Positions 6,938 through 15,633 of a DNA stretch of 24,892 bases are shown in pieces. The DNA comes from a virus (taxonomy: Duplodnaviria; Caudoviricetes), in the IMG/VR virus record IMGVR_UViG_3300005527_000276, positions 1 through 24,892 of that record. One strand, given 5' to 3'. The position numbers were made by a program, and so were the translations under genes. Positions within the stretch are counted from its first letter, which is position 1; every line of letters begins with the position of its first letter. A model generated the notes under the pieces. That model did not search any database and had not been told where the DNA came from. It saw only the letters and a list, made by a program, of their open reading frames with translations.

Positions 6938-7633
6938 ATGTTCTTGTCGCAGGCCCTGATTGACGTTCTCGGCACCATCCCGACCCCGAAGTCCGATGAG
7001 GAGATCCAGCGCTACGAGGCTCGAGTGCACCGCGAATCGCGGCGGGCGAACCTGCGTTCGAGCGGCATCACGAGTCACCTCGCCGAGGGCGACGAGTCCC
7101 TCGTTCTGGACGGCACCGCGAAGCAGACCGAGTCGCTGCGCTTGGTGCGCCGATGGATGGCGCTGTGGCAGTCCGGCGGAGCTCCGTGGGTCTGGATCGG
7201 TGGGCCGGTAGGCGTCGGCAAGACCATCGCGGCGGCCCACGCGCTCGCGGAGCTCGGCGGCCGGTACGTGAGCTTCCTCGACGTGATCCGCATCTATCGC
7301 GAGAGGGAGCGCTCGGTGCGGTCCGCGGCTGCGGCGTGGGCGCGGTTGGGCGGGCAGTACCTGGTGGTCTTGGACGAGGTCGGCCTCGAGGAGAAGGGGC
7401 AGGCGGAGCACGCTCGTGTGGCGCTGCACGAGTTCGTCGAGCAGCGGAGGCGCCGCTCGACTCCGACCATCGCGCTGACGAACAAGCGCTCCGAGGCCAT
7501 CCGCGCGCGCTTCGCGGCGGCCTACTACGACAAGCGCACCATGAGCCGCCTCGGGCAGGTCCTCTGGAAGGACCAGGACGGCAAGGGGCTGCACGACGTG
7601 GGCGGAGTCGACCTCCGCGGGGACGGCGTCTGA
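6938..7633 (+). CDS. DnaC/IstB-like AAA+ ATPase (helicase loader)
   Basis: Walker A GPVGVGKT, Walker B LVVLDEVG, PTIALTN, R..SRL; GGAGG RBS; follows the initiator. Confidence 0.88.
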   Translation: MFLSQALIDVLGTIPTPKSDEEIQRYEARVHRESRRANLRSSGITSHLAEGDESLVLDGTAKQTESLRLVRRWMALWQSGGAPWVWIGGPVGVGKTIAAAHALAELGGRYVSFLDVIRIYRERERSVRSAAAAWARLGGQYLVVLDEVGLEEKGQAEHARVALHEFVEQRRRRSTPTIALTNKRSEAIRARFAAAYYDKRTMSRLGQVLWKDQDGKGLHDVGGVDLRGDGV

Positions 7634-7797
7634 TGGAGTGGCTCTACAACGGGCCCGTGCAGACCCTCGGAGAGCAGGCGACACGGCGCGAGCTCGAAGG
7701 CTATCCCGAGTGGTTGAAAGCTCGCGTGGCGGTGGTCGAGATCGGCGATGGCGGTCGGTACGTGCGACTTACGCTCACGCGCCCGAAGAGGTCGTGA
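7633..7797 (+). CDS. Small hypothetical protein, 54 aa
   Basis: MEWLYNGPVQTLGEQATRRELEGYPEWLKARVAVVEIGDGGRYVRLTLTRPKRS; TGATG overlaps at both ends. Confidence 0.6.
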   Translation: MEWLYNGPVQTLGEQATRRELEGYPEWLKARVAVVEIGDGGRYVRLTLTRPKRS

Positions 7798-8306
7798 TGG
7801 GGGCGAAAAAGACTCAGAAGCTCGCATCAAACGCGCGCGCAGGCGCGACAACAGAGACGCCTCGAGAGAGGGCTCTGGCGCAGTGGGTCGACGCCATCGC
7901 ATCCGGCGTCACCGAGCGCGGGGCAGCGGTAGCGATCACGGCGGAGTACGGCTTCTCGCACGGGCAGCTCGTGGGCTGGTGCCGCTACGACCCGGATGGC
8001 TGGGGCAAGGCCCTGGCGGCGGCGCACGCGGCCAAGGTGGAGCGCCTCGAGGCGGACCTGCGCGCCATTGCCCTGGGCGAGACGGTCGAGGACCCGTCGG
8101 TGGCGAAGGTGCGGGCCTCGACGCTGCAGTGGCTGCTGAGCAAGTGGGACCGCGACCAGTACGGGGACGCGAGGCGGGTGGAGCAGACGGTGGAGCTCAA
8201 GCCTCCGGCGGACGACTCGCCCGAGTCCATCGTCGACGACGCGATCGCGCTCCTGACGCCAGAGCAGCGGGAGGCGATGGTGCGCCGCCTTGGGGGCGGC
8301 TCGTGA
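7797..8306 (+). CDS. Terminase small subunit (Sf6 gp1-like)
   Basis: N-terminal HTH-like helices, C-terminal R.STLQWLLSKWDRDQYGD..RVEQTV motif; position upstream of TerL. Confidence 0.75.
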   Translation: MGAKKTQKLASNARAGATTETPRERALAQWVDAIASGVTERGAAVAITAEYGFSHGQLVGWCRYDPDGWGKALAAAHAAKVERLEADLRAIALGETVEDPSVAKVRASTLQWLLSKWDRDQYGDARRVEQTVELKPPADDSPESIVDDAIALLTPEQREAMVRRLGGGS

Positions 8307-8728
8307 CCCGCGAGGTTGCGCCTGGGGTGGTGCTGCGGGCTGGCGTGCTCGCCCGGGACGGCGTCGACCGCGACGCTGGCTACATCGCGAGCTCGTGGGC
8401 CGAGTCGTCGGGCTCGCAGCTCGGGGACATGACCGGCGCCAAGCCTCGCGAGTGGAAGGACCTCCTGCGCGGCCGTGTGGCGTCGGACATGCGCCGGCAT
8501 CGGATCGCGGTGGCCTGCGACGTCGACGACGAGGACCGCCTGTACGGCTGGGCGTGCGGCTCGCCCGGGGTGCTGGCCTACGTCTACGTGCGCGACACGC
8601 GGCGGCGGCAGGGCATCGGCCGGGCCCTCGTCCTCGAGGTGTGCGGCGGCGTGCCGAAGCGGTGCGTGTGGCTCACGCCGAGCGTGCAGGTCCTGGCGCT
8701 CCGGCATCACGTCGAGTGGCGCCCGTGA
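8303..8728 (+). CDS. GNAT family acetyltransferase
   Basis: Acetyl-CoA binding motif A YVYVRDTRRRQGIGRALV; GTGA overlaps at both ends. Confidence 0.82.
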   Translation: MTREVAPGVVLRAGVLARDGVDRDAGYIASSWAESSGSQLGDMTGAKPREWKDLLRGRVASDMRRHRIAVACDVDDEDRLYGWACGSPGVLAYVYVRDTRRRQGIGRALVLEVCGGVPKRCVWLTPSVQVLALRHHVEWRP

Positions 8729-10110
8729 GCGACCCGCTCACATCGTTGCGAGCTCGCATCGAGGCCCAGCGTGCCAAGCAAGCCGGCGACGGGATCCCGT
8801 ACTGCCCGCACCGCCCGACGCCGCCCCAGGCTCGGTTCCTCGAGCTCGACACGCTGGAGGCGCTGTACGGCGGGGCTGCCGGCGGAGGGAAGTCCGACTG
8901 CCTGCTGATGGACATGCTCCGCTGGTGCGACCGCCCGGGCTTCCACGGGCTCGTGCTGCGCCGAACGCTCCCCGACCTCGCGTTGCCCGGCGCGATCATG
9001 GACCGAGCGAAGTCGTGGCTGGCGGGTCGGCAGGACGTTCGCTGGTCCGAGGTCGGCAAGGTCTTCACCTTCGGTAGCGGGGCTCGGCTGCAGTTCGGGT
9101 TTTGCGAGACCCCTGCCGACGTCTACCGCTACCAGGGCGCCGAGTTCCACCGCATTGCGATCGACGAGCTCACGCAGTGGCCCGAGCAGCCGTATCGGTA
9201 CCTCTTGAGCCGGCTCCGACGTCGCACTGGCGACACGACCCCGCTCGGGATGCGCGCCGCGACGAATCCGGGCGGCATCGGCCACGGCTGGGTCAAGCGT
9301 CGCTTCGTGGCGCCTGGCGACCCGTCGCGGGCATTCGTGCCGGCGCGCCTCGACGACAACCCGCACTTGAACCGCGAGGAGTACGAGCGGAACCTGTCGC
9401 TGCTCGACGACGTCACGCGGCAGCAGCTCCGGGACGGCCAGTGGATCGACTCCGGCGAAGGGCTCGTGTACCGGTTCGAGCGTGGCCGGAACCTCCTCGA
9501 GGAGCTCCCGCGCCTCGACGGTTGGTATCCGGTGCTCGCGGTCGACTTGGGCAGCAGCGAGATCAAGCCCACGACGGCGTTCTGCCTGTTGTTCTGGTCT
9601 CAGCACGACACCCGGTCGGTGGTGGTGAAGGGGTGGGCGGAGGCCGGGCTCATCCCATCCACCATTGCCGAGCGGATCCGGTCGGTGCTCAGCCTCTATC
9701 CGGAGTGCCGCGTGGTGATGGACGTCGGCGCCCTGGGTTCGGGATACGCCAACGAGATGCGGTCGAGGTATCTGATTCCAGTCGAGCCCGCCGAGAAAGC
9801 GAACAAGCTCGGATTTCGGAAGCTCCTCAATGGCGCGCTCGAGCGGGGAGAGGTGGTGCTACTCGACGACGAGTGCGCTATGCTCGTCGAGGAACTGGAA
9901 GCCCTGCAGTGGGCTCCGGGCGGCCTGGACAACGACAAGACGCAGCCCAACCACTGCACCGACGCGCTCCTGTACGGGTGGCGTGCGACTCAGTCGTGGC
10001 GGGCCGCGCACCGCAAAGCGGCCGAGCCGCCGACCGAGGAGCAAGCATGGGAGCAGCGAGTGAGAGCGAAGCACGAGTCCAGGAAGCGCGATCCGTTCGC
10101 CAACTGGTAA
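8725..10110 (+). CDS. Terminase large subunit (Terminase_6 type)
   Basis: PTPPQ, Walker A GGAAGGGKS, YQGAEF..IAIDELTQ (Walker B), ATNPGGIGHGWVK, RNase H-like AVDLG ... NHCTDALLY; GTG 8725 overlaps the GNAT stop. Confidence 0.95.
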   Translation: MSDPLTSLRARIEAQRAKQAGDGIPYCPHRPTPPQARFLELDTLEALYGGAAGGGKSDCLLMDMLRWCDRPGFHGLVLRRTLPDLALPGAIMDRAKSWLAGRQDVRWSEVGKVFTFGSGARLQFGFCETPADVYRYQGAEFHRIAIDELTQWPEQPYRYLLSRLRRRTGDTTPLGMRAATNPGGIGHGWVKRRFVAPGDPSRAFVPARLDDNPHLNREEYERNLSLLDDVTRQQLRDGQWIDSGEGLVYRFERGRNLLEELPRLDGWYPVLAVDLGSSEIKPTTAFCLLFWSQHDTRSVVVKGWAEAGLIPSTIAERIRSVLSLYPECRVVMDVGALGSGYANEMRSRYLIPVEPAEKANKLGFRKLLNGALERGEVVLLDDECAMLVEELEALQWAPGGLDNDKTQPNHCTDALLYGWRATQSWRAAHRKAAEPPTEEQAWEQRVRAKHESRKRDPFANW

Positions 10111-10310
10111 CGGACTTCGTCGACGACATGCACTCTCGCGGAGCGCGGCAGATCCAGGTTCGCGTATCGGCGGGCGGGGTGGACCTCTCGGCCTCGGTCG
10201 TGATGGGCCCTGCTCCGATGGCCACGAGCGCGGCCAGCGCTCCGTTCGAGCTCGTCGGAGCGAGCGACGTCGAGCGCGTGCTGTTCGCGCCCGAGCCTCC
10301 GGAGGAATGA
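10047..10310 (+). CDS. Small hypothetical protein between TerL and portal
   Basis: GAGGAG RBS before ATG 10047 (alternative ATG 10128); stop in ATGA overlap with the portal start. Confidence 0.5.
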   Translation: MGAASESEARVQEARSVRQLVTDFVDDMHSRGARQIQVRVSAGGVDLSASVVMGPAPMATSAASAPFELVGASDVERVLFAPEPPEE

Positions 10311-12121
10311 CGATGCCCGTGAAGATCGAACACCGGTGGTGGCTCGCGCCGAAGAACCAGGCGCACAAGGACGTCGTGGCCTCGGCGACGTTCGTCGCAG
10401 AGCGCGAGGGGTGGCGGTTCTCGGACCTGTTGACGTCCTGGCGACTGTACGACGGCCGCAAGTGGCACTCCCTGCGCCGGATGGGCCGCCAGCGCCGATG
10501 GGTCGAGGCTGCCGACGAGCTCATGCGCTACAACGTCGTGCAGTCCGTCGTCGACACCATCACGGCCAAGCTCGTGAAGTCGCTGCCGGCTCCCGAGTTC
10601 GTGACGAACGGTGCGGACTACAAGGTTCGTCGCGCAACGAAGCGGCGGAACAAGTTCGCCAAGGGCGTGCTGCACGCCTCGGGCTTCTATGGTCAGTTCG
10701 CCGAGGCCGTGAAGGAGGGCGTCAACTGCGGCACCAGCGCGGTGAAGTTCGTCGTCGACGACAAGCGCATCCGGTGCGAGCGAGCGCTGCTCTGGGAGCT
10801 CCACGTGCCGCCGTGGGAGGCCGAGCGGGGGCAGCCCACCACGCTGTTTCAGCGCTGCCAGGTCGACCGCCAGGCGCTGCTCGACCGCTTCGGGCACGGG
10901 ACCGGGGCGTCCGAGCGTACGCGCGCGATCCAGGCAACGAAGGCGAACGGGGACACCGCCCCGGATCCGTCGATCGGCCGCTACGACCGCGACATGGAGG
11001 GCGCCGACGTCGTGCAGGTGATCGAGGCGTGGCACCTGGGGTGCGACGGCGAGCCGGGACGGCACGTGATCTGCGTCGATGGCGGAACGCTGCTGGACGA
11101 GGAGTGGGCCTCGAGGCGGTTCCCGTTCGCGTTCTTCCGATGGGAGGTTCCGCCCACCGGGTTCTGGGGGCGCGGTGGAGCTCTGAGGCTCTACGGGCTG
11201 CAGTACGAGATCAACTCGCTCCTGCAGTGCATCCAGGCGAACACGAAGCTGCACGCGACGCCGATCACGTATGTCGACTCTCAGTCGACCGTGATCGAGG
11301 AGCACCTGACGAACATGCCCGGCGCGACCGTGCGGTACATGGGCGGGACGCAGCCGCCGACGCGGTTGGTCGCCCCGATCATGCCGCAGGAGGTCTACTC
11401 CCAGGTGCAGGAGCGCATCCGGTGGGGGTACGAGCTGATGGGCGTCTCGCAACTGTCCGCCTCGAGCATGAAGCCGGCCGGACTGGACGCTGCGGTGGCC
11501 CTGCGCGAGTACCACGACATCGAGTCCGAGCGGTTCATCATCCCCGGGCGGCGCGTCGAGGACTTCGCGATCCAGGCTGCCCGCGTCTGCATCGACCTGG
11601 CGAACGAGATCCCCGGCTATGAGGTCGACACCATGGAGCGGCGAGGCAATCGCCGCGTGAAGTGGAGTGACCTCAAGCTGCAGGAGGACGATTTCACGCT
11701 GCAGTGCTTCCCGGTCTCGATGCTGCCGCAGACGCCCGCCGCGCGGAAACAGGCTGTGCAGGAGTACATGGCGGCGGGTCTCATCACGCCCGAGAAGGCC
11801 CGAGACCTGCTCGACATGCCGGACCTCGAGGAGGACGCCACGCTCGCGTCCGCGAGCCTCGACTACGTCCGCAAGCAGGTCGAACTCATCCTCGACGAGG
11901 AGGGCTTCGAGCCGATGGAGCCGCGGGTGAACCTCGCGCCCGCCGTTGCCTATGCGCAGGCGGTCTACCTGCGCGAACGGGCCGATGGAGCTCCGGACAC
12001 GGTCCTCGAGTCGCTTCGCCGCTACATCGACCAGGGGATGGACATGCTCCGCCGCGCCCAAGAGGCCGCGCAACCGCCGATGGCGCCACCGGGCACGGGG
12101 CCCGCCGTGGCGACCGCATGA
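10307..12121 (+). CDS. Portal protein (head-tail connector, P22/podovirus-like)
   Basis: 604 aa following TerL; YNVVQSVVDTITAKL, FPF..FRW....GFWGRG....L..LQ.EIN, MGVSQLSA..KPAGLDAAVAL; C-terminal Pro/Ala tail. Confidence 0.88.
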   Translation: MTMPVKIEHRWWLAPKNQAHKDVVASATFVAEREGWRFSDLLTSWRLYDGRKWHSLRRMGRQRRWVEAADELMRYNVVQSVVDTITAKLVKSLPAPEFVTNGADYKVRRATKRRNKFAKGVLHASGFYGQFAEAVKEGVNCGTSAVKFVVDDKRIRCERALLWELHVPPWEAERGQPTTLFQRCQVDRQALLDRFGHGTGASERTRAIQATKANGDTAPDPSIGRYDRDMEGADVVQVIEAWHLGCDGEPGRHVICVDGGTLLDEEWASRRFPFAFFRWEVPPTGFWGRGGALRLYGLQYEINSLLQCIQANTKLHATPITYVDSQSTVIEEHLTNMPGATVRYMGGTQPPTRLVAPIMPQEVYSQVQERIRWGYELMGVSQLSASSMKPAGLDAAVALREYHDIESERFIIPGRRVEDFAIQAARVCIDLANEIPGYEVDTMERRGNRRVKWSDLKLQEDDFTLQCFPVSMLPQTPAARKQAVQEYMAAGLITPEKARDLLDMPDLEEDATLASASLDYVRKQVELILDEEGFEPMEPRVNLAPAVAYAQAVYLRERADGAPDTVLESLRRYIDQGMDMLRRAQEAAQPPMAPPGTGPAVATA

Positions 12122-12128
12122 GGGACCG

Positions 12129-13064
12129 ATGACCGAAGAGACCCAGTCCACTGCGCAGCAGACCGACGCGCAGCCCGCGCCCGACCAGAAGCCGCAGGAA
12201 GCCAAGGCTGCCGAGGAGACGCCGGAGATCCGGTCTCTCAAGGCCGAGGCGCTCAAGGCCGCCCGCGAGCTCCGCGAGGTGAAGGCTCAGCTCACCGCGT
12301 TCCAGCGGCGGGAGGCCGACCTGGCGAAGGACCGCGAGGCCCGCGAAGCCGCACAGCGCGAGCTCGACGACCTCAAGGCCAAGGACCCGCGAGCGTGGCT
12401 GTCTCGGGCAGCAGGCGAACCGCCGGAGCAGTTCGCGCGGCGCATCGCCGGGGACACGAAGGAGTCGCAGCTCGAGCGGCAGATTCTCGAGCTCCGCCAG
12501 ACGCTGGCCGCGCAGCAGCAGCGCTTCGAGGAAGCGCAGAAGTCCGAGCGAGTCACTCGGGAGGAGGCTACGAGCGCCGCGGCGTATCGCGAGGTCCTCA
12601 AGGCGGCGGAGGCCAGCGAAGAGGCCGCTCTGGCGGCCGAGGAACTGCGGCGCGACCCCAAGGCTGCCCAGCGATGGATCATGTCCTGGGCAGGCTCGGA
12701 GTGGCCGTCTGTGGCTCGGGAAAAGGGCCTCGACGTCAACGACCCTGCGGCGTGCGCGCGCGAGGCAGCGGCCGAGATCGATCGCATGGTGCTTGCTCGC
12801 TGGGAGAAGCTCCGACAGAATGAGAGGGTCGCGAAGCGTCTCGGCTTCGGGGCAGTCCAGTCCACCGAGCCCCCAGCGAGTCCGGGCAACCCGCCGCCGC
12901 GCACCATCACCAGCGCTGTCGCTGGCTCGAGGTCCGCGGCTCCCGCCACAACCGCGAGCGGGGACAAGCCGATGACTCCGGCACAGCGCGATCGGGCCGC
13001 ACGACTGGCCGCGATTTCCAAGCTGCAGGAGTTGTCGACGAAGCCCGCACGCACACGGGGCTGA
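12129..13064 (+). CDS. Capsid assembly scaffolding protein
   Basis: Low-complexity N-terminus, long charged coiled coil, Pro/Thr linker and C-terminal helix; located between portal and capsid. Confidence 0.75.
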   Translation: MTEETQSTAQQTDAQPAPDQKPQEAKAAEETPEIRSLKAEALKAARELREVKAQLTAFQRREADLAKDREAREAAQRELDDLKAKDPRAWLSRAAGEPPEQFARRIAGDTKESQLERQILELRQTLAAQQQRFEEAQKSERVTREEATSAAAYREVLKAAEASEEAALAAEELRRDPKAAQRWIMSWAGSEWPSVAREKGLDVNDPAACAREAAAEIDRMVLARWEKLRQNERVAKRLGFGAVQSTEPPASPGNPPPRTITSAVAGSRSAAPATTASGDKPMTPAQRDRAARLAAISKLQELSTKPARTRG

Positions 13065-13074
13065 TCGCGAGCTC

Positions 13075-13101
13075 GTGAGTCAGTCCCAAGGACTGACTCA
13101 C
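13075..13101 (+). promoter_or_regulatory. Perfect 12-bp hairpin sequestering the major capsid Shine-Dalgarno
   Basis: GTGAGTCAGTCC-CAA-GGACTGACTCAC, ending 1 nt before ATG 13103; AAGGA lies across the loop and 3' arm; no poly-T tail. Confidence 0.7.
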
Positions 13102-13102
13102 C

Positions 13103-14329
13103 ATGCCCGTGTTGGACTTCGCAGGAATCCAGGCCGTTCTCAAGGAGCGGTACCCCTCCGGCCTCCCCGTCGACACCTTCTACAAGAAGGCCCCCTTCCT
13201 CGCCCTCATCCCCAAGGACCAGGATCTCGCGTTCGGCGAGGCGATCAAGGTCCCGGTCGTCTACGGCAACCCGCAGTCGGTCGGCGCGACGTTCGCGACC
13301 GCGCAGGGCAACGTCGACGGCACCCGCCAGAGCGCGTTCAAGGTCACCACCAAGAACTACTACGGCTTCGGCCAGATCACCGGCGAGGCGATCAAGAAGG
13401 GCAGCCGCGACGCCGGCTCGTTCATCGACACGCTCGACTTCCAGATCCAGGGCGCGATGACGACCGTCCGCCGGTCGCTGCTGCGCTACCTGTTCGGCAA
13501 CTCCGGCGGCGCGCTCGGGCAGATCAGCGCGGGCTCGACCGTCGGCTCGGCCACCATCACCCTCGCGAACCCCTTCGACGTCGTCTACTTCGAGCCGGGG
13601 ATGGTTCTCAAGACCTCGGCGACCGACGGCACGTCGGGCTCTGCGCGCGCAGGCTCCGTGACGCTGACGGCAGTCGACCGCTCGGCGGGCACGCTGACCG
13701 CGTCGGGCAACTGGTCGGCCGGCATCGCCACCGTGGCGGTGAACGACTACATCTTCCGCGACGGCGACTTCGGCCTGGTGTGGGACGGCTTCCGCTCCTG
13801 GGTGCCCGACAGCGCTCCCAGCGCGACCACCTTCTACGGGGTCAACCGGTCGCTCGACAGCCGCCTCGGCGGCATGCGCGGCGACTACTCGGCGCTCCCC
13901 ATCGTCGAGGGCATCCAGAAGGCGCTCAAGGTGCTCGCGGTCGAAGAGTCGGACGGCGACTTCGGCGTGCTCAACCTCGAGGACTGGCTGAACCTGTCCT
14001 TCGCCCTGCAGGCTCGCGGCACGCTGATGACCGAGCGCGTCGAGACCGAAGTCGGCGTCGGCATCGAGGCGATCAAGGTCGGCGGCCCCGGCGGGATCTG
14101 CAAGATCATCGGCGATCCGAACGCTCCGAAGGGGCGCTTCCTCGCCGGGCAGATCGACACCTGGAAGCTCTGCACCATGGGCGACCTGGTCGACTTCCTC
14201 GACGACGACGGGATGCCGTACCTCCGGGTCGCGGCCTCCGATGCCGTCGAGCTCCGCGTCGTGAGCCGCGGGAACCTCGTCTGCTACGCGCCGGGCAAGA
14301 ACGGCAACTTCCTCGTCGGGACCACCTGA
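13103..14329 (+). CDS. Major capsid protein
   Basis: 408 aa after the scaffold; strongest C/G-ending codon bias in the region; LKE.Y...PFLALI.K....G..IK.PV.YG N-terminus and GNL.CYAPG.N C-terminus as in podovirus-like HK97-fold capsids. Confidence 0.9.
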   Translation: MPVLDFAGIQAVLKERYPSGLPVDTFYKKAPFLALIPKDQDLAFGEAIKVPVVYGNPQSVGATFATAQGNVDGTRQSAFKVTTKNYYGFGQITGEAIKKGSRDAGSFIDTLDFQIQGAMTTVRRSLLRYLFGNSGGALGQISAGSTVGSATITLANPFDVVYFEPGMVLKTSATDGTSGSARAGSVTLTAVDRSAGTLTASGNWSAGIATVAVNDYIFRDGDFGLVWDGFRSWVPDSAPSATTFYGVNRSLDSRLGGMRGDYSALPIVEGIQKALKVLAVEESDGDFGVLNLEDWLNLSFALQARGTLMTERVETEVGVGIEAIKVGGPGGICKIIGDPNAPKGRFLAGQIDTWKLCTMGDLVDFLDDDGMPYLRVAASDAVELRVVSRGNLVCYAPGKNGNFLVGTT

Positions 14330-14331
14330 GC

Positions 14332-14727
14332 ATGGCTTCTCGTCTCTTCTCGAGGGACCTGGCGTCCCTCGACAACAACGTCGTGAAGCTGTTCTCGCGC
14401 GTCACCTTCGGCGCTTCGACGTCGATCGCCTCGCAGGACAGCAACGGCCTCGTCGTGTCGGCGCTCGGCACCGGCACGATCGACGTGCAGCTCGGCTCGG
14501 CGGCGGCGCGGGACACGTACCCGACGCTCCTGTCGATCTCGCTGACCCCGCTCGCCGCCGCGGCGACGGACACCGGCTGGCAGGTCATCGAGCAGACCAT
14601 CGCCACGGACGGCACGTTCAGTCTCCGCAACGCCCCCGCGGGCGCTGCGGCGGCGCCGGTCTCCGGCACGAGCCTCTTCATCGAAGTGACGCTGCGCAAC
14701 AGCGGCACGCCGCGTCGAGGCACCTGA
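14332..14727 (+). CDS. Small beta-rich virion protein (possible head decoration protein)
   Basis: MASRLFSRDLASLDNNVVKLF...SLFIEVTLRNS; immediately follows the capsid gene. Confidence 0.6.
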   Translation: MASRLFSRDLASLDNNVVKLFSRVTFGASTSIASQDSNGLVVSALGTGTIDVQLGSAAARDTYPTLLSISLTPLAAAATDTGWQVIEQTIATDGTFSLRNAPAGAAAAPVSGTSLFIEVTLRNSGTPRRGT

Positions 14728-14728
14728 C

Positions 14729-14908
14729 ATGGCGAAGATCGAGCTCGGTTCGATCTTCGACGAGCCCTCCGAGTCGGACACGGAGTCGGGAGAGACCGAC
14801 GCCATGGACGACTCGGAGGCACTCGCTGAGGAGCTCCTCCTCGCGGTCGAGAACAAGGACGCGAAGGCGCTGGCGGGGATCCTCCGCTCGCTCCGCATGG
14901 AGGACTGA
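14729..14908 (+). CDS. Small acidic protein, 59 aa
   Basis: Manual translation MAKIELGSIFDEPSESDTESGETDAMDDSEALAEELLLAVENKDAKALAGILRSLRMED; GAGG RBS; fills the gap exactly; not in the ORF track. Confidence 0.72.
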   Translation: MAKIELGSIFDEPSESDTESGETDAMDDSEALAEELLLAVENKDAKALAGILRSLRMED

Positions 14909-14911
14909 GAC

Positions 14912-15601
14912 ATGGCCCGGACGCGCACGTTGACGCAGCTCATCGCCGACGTGCGCGATCTGACCGACACCGAGAACAGCCAGCACGTCACCGACGCGCA
15001 GGTCACTCGGTACATCAACCAGTCGATCGCTGCACTCTACGCGCTGATCGTAGAGCAGGACGAGAACGACTTCGCCGCGCAGTGTTCGTTCAACACCACC
15101 GCGGGGGCAGAGACTTCGCAGATCCTCTCGGCCCCGCTCGAGGGCGTTCCGGTCCAGCCGTACAAGCTCCTCGCCGTCGACGTCGTCGACAACAACGGGC
15201 TCTCCTACCCGGTCCCCCGCTTCATGCTCGGCGAGCGAGGCTACCTCGACACGCAAGACGGCACCTGGGGCGTCCTGCAGCGCACACACTACCAGTGGCG
15301 CGGGACGGACACGCTGTACTGGTCGCCGCCGTGGGAGAGCTCGGTGCTCATCCGGGTGACGTACATCCCGAGCCCTGTAGACCTCTCGGTCGGGACCGAC
15401 GCGTACGACGGGCGCGCCGGCTGGGAGGAATGGGTCACGCTGGACGCATCGATCCGCGTGATGCTCAAGGAGGAGTCCGACGTCTCGGACTTTGCCCGAG
15501 AGCGAGCCGCGGTCGAAGCGCGCATCCTACGGCAGATCACCGCCCGCGACCGGGCGCAGCCTAAGCGAATCCGCGACGTGTCCGGCGGCGAGCGGTGGTG
15601 A
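14912..15601 (+). CDS. Head-tail adaptor (tail tubular protein A / P22 gp4-like)
   Basis: TLTQLIADVRDLTD...VTDAQVTRYINQS N-terminal helices, central beta insert, VTYIPSP, C-terminal helix; GGAGG RBS; position after the head genes. Confidence 0.75.
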   Translation: MARTRTLTQLIADVRDLTDTENSQHVTDAQVTRYINQSIAALYALIVEQDENDFAAQCSFNTTAGAETSQILSAPLEGVPVQPYKLLAVDVVDNNGLSYPVPRFMLGERGYLDTQDGTWGVLQRTHYQWRGTDTLYWSPPWESSVLIRVTYIPSPVDLSVGTDAYDGRAGWEEWVTLDASIRVMLKEESDVSDFARERAAVEARILRQITARDRAQPKRIRDVSGGERW

Positions 15602-15633
15602 TGCTGTCGCCAGTCGTTGGCCGGCTCCTGGTG

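Noticed and set aside
8290-8724. Extended N-termini given by the ORF track for TerL (and similarly 4705, 5848, 6839, 7638, 7748, 11946 starts)
   Set aside because: The extensions overlap upstream genes and read as noise; downstream starts coupled to upstream stops fit the homologous domain boundaries better
9878-12256. 792-aa minus-strand ORF opposite the portal (likewise 20357-22162, 22510-24075, 3830-4723, 6638-7684)
   Set aside because: Antisense shadow frames typical of high-GC coding DNA; no motifs, and the opposite strand carries recognisable genes
13075-13101. Hairpin as a rho-independent terminator
   Set aside because: No U-rich tail on either strand, and it abuts the capsid start codon
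13075-14727. 550-aa ORF overlapping the capsid gene in the -1 frame and continuing into the 14332 gene, suggesting a T7 gp10B-like frameshift extension
   Set aside because: No X XXY YYZ slippery site seen near the capsid 3' end; the frame stays open because capsid codons rarely end in T; the overlapping translation is Arg/Pro-rich noise and the downstream gene has its own ATG. Not formally excluded without proteomics.
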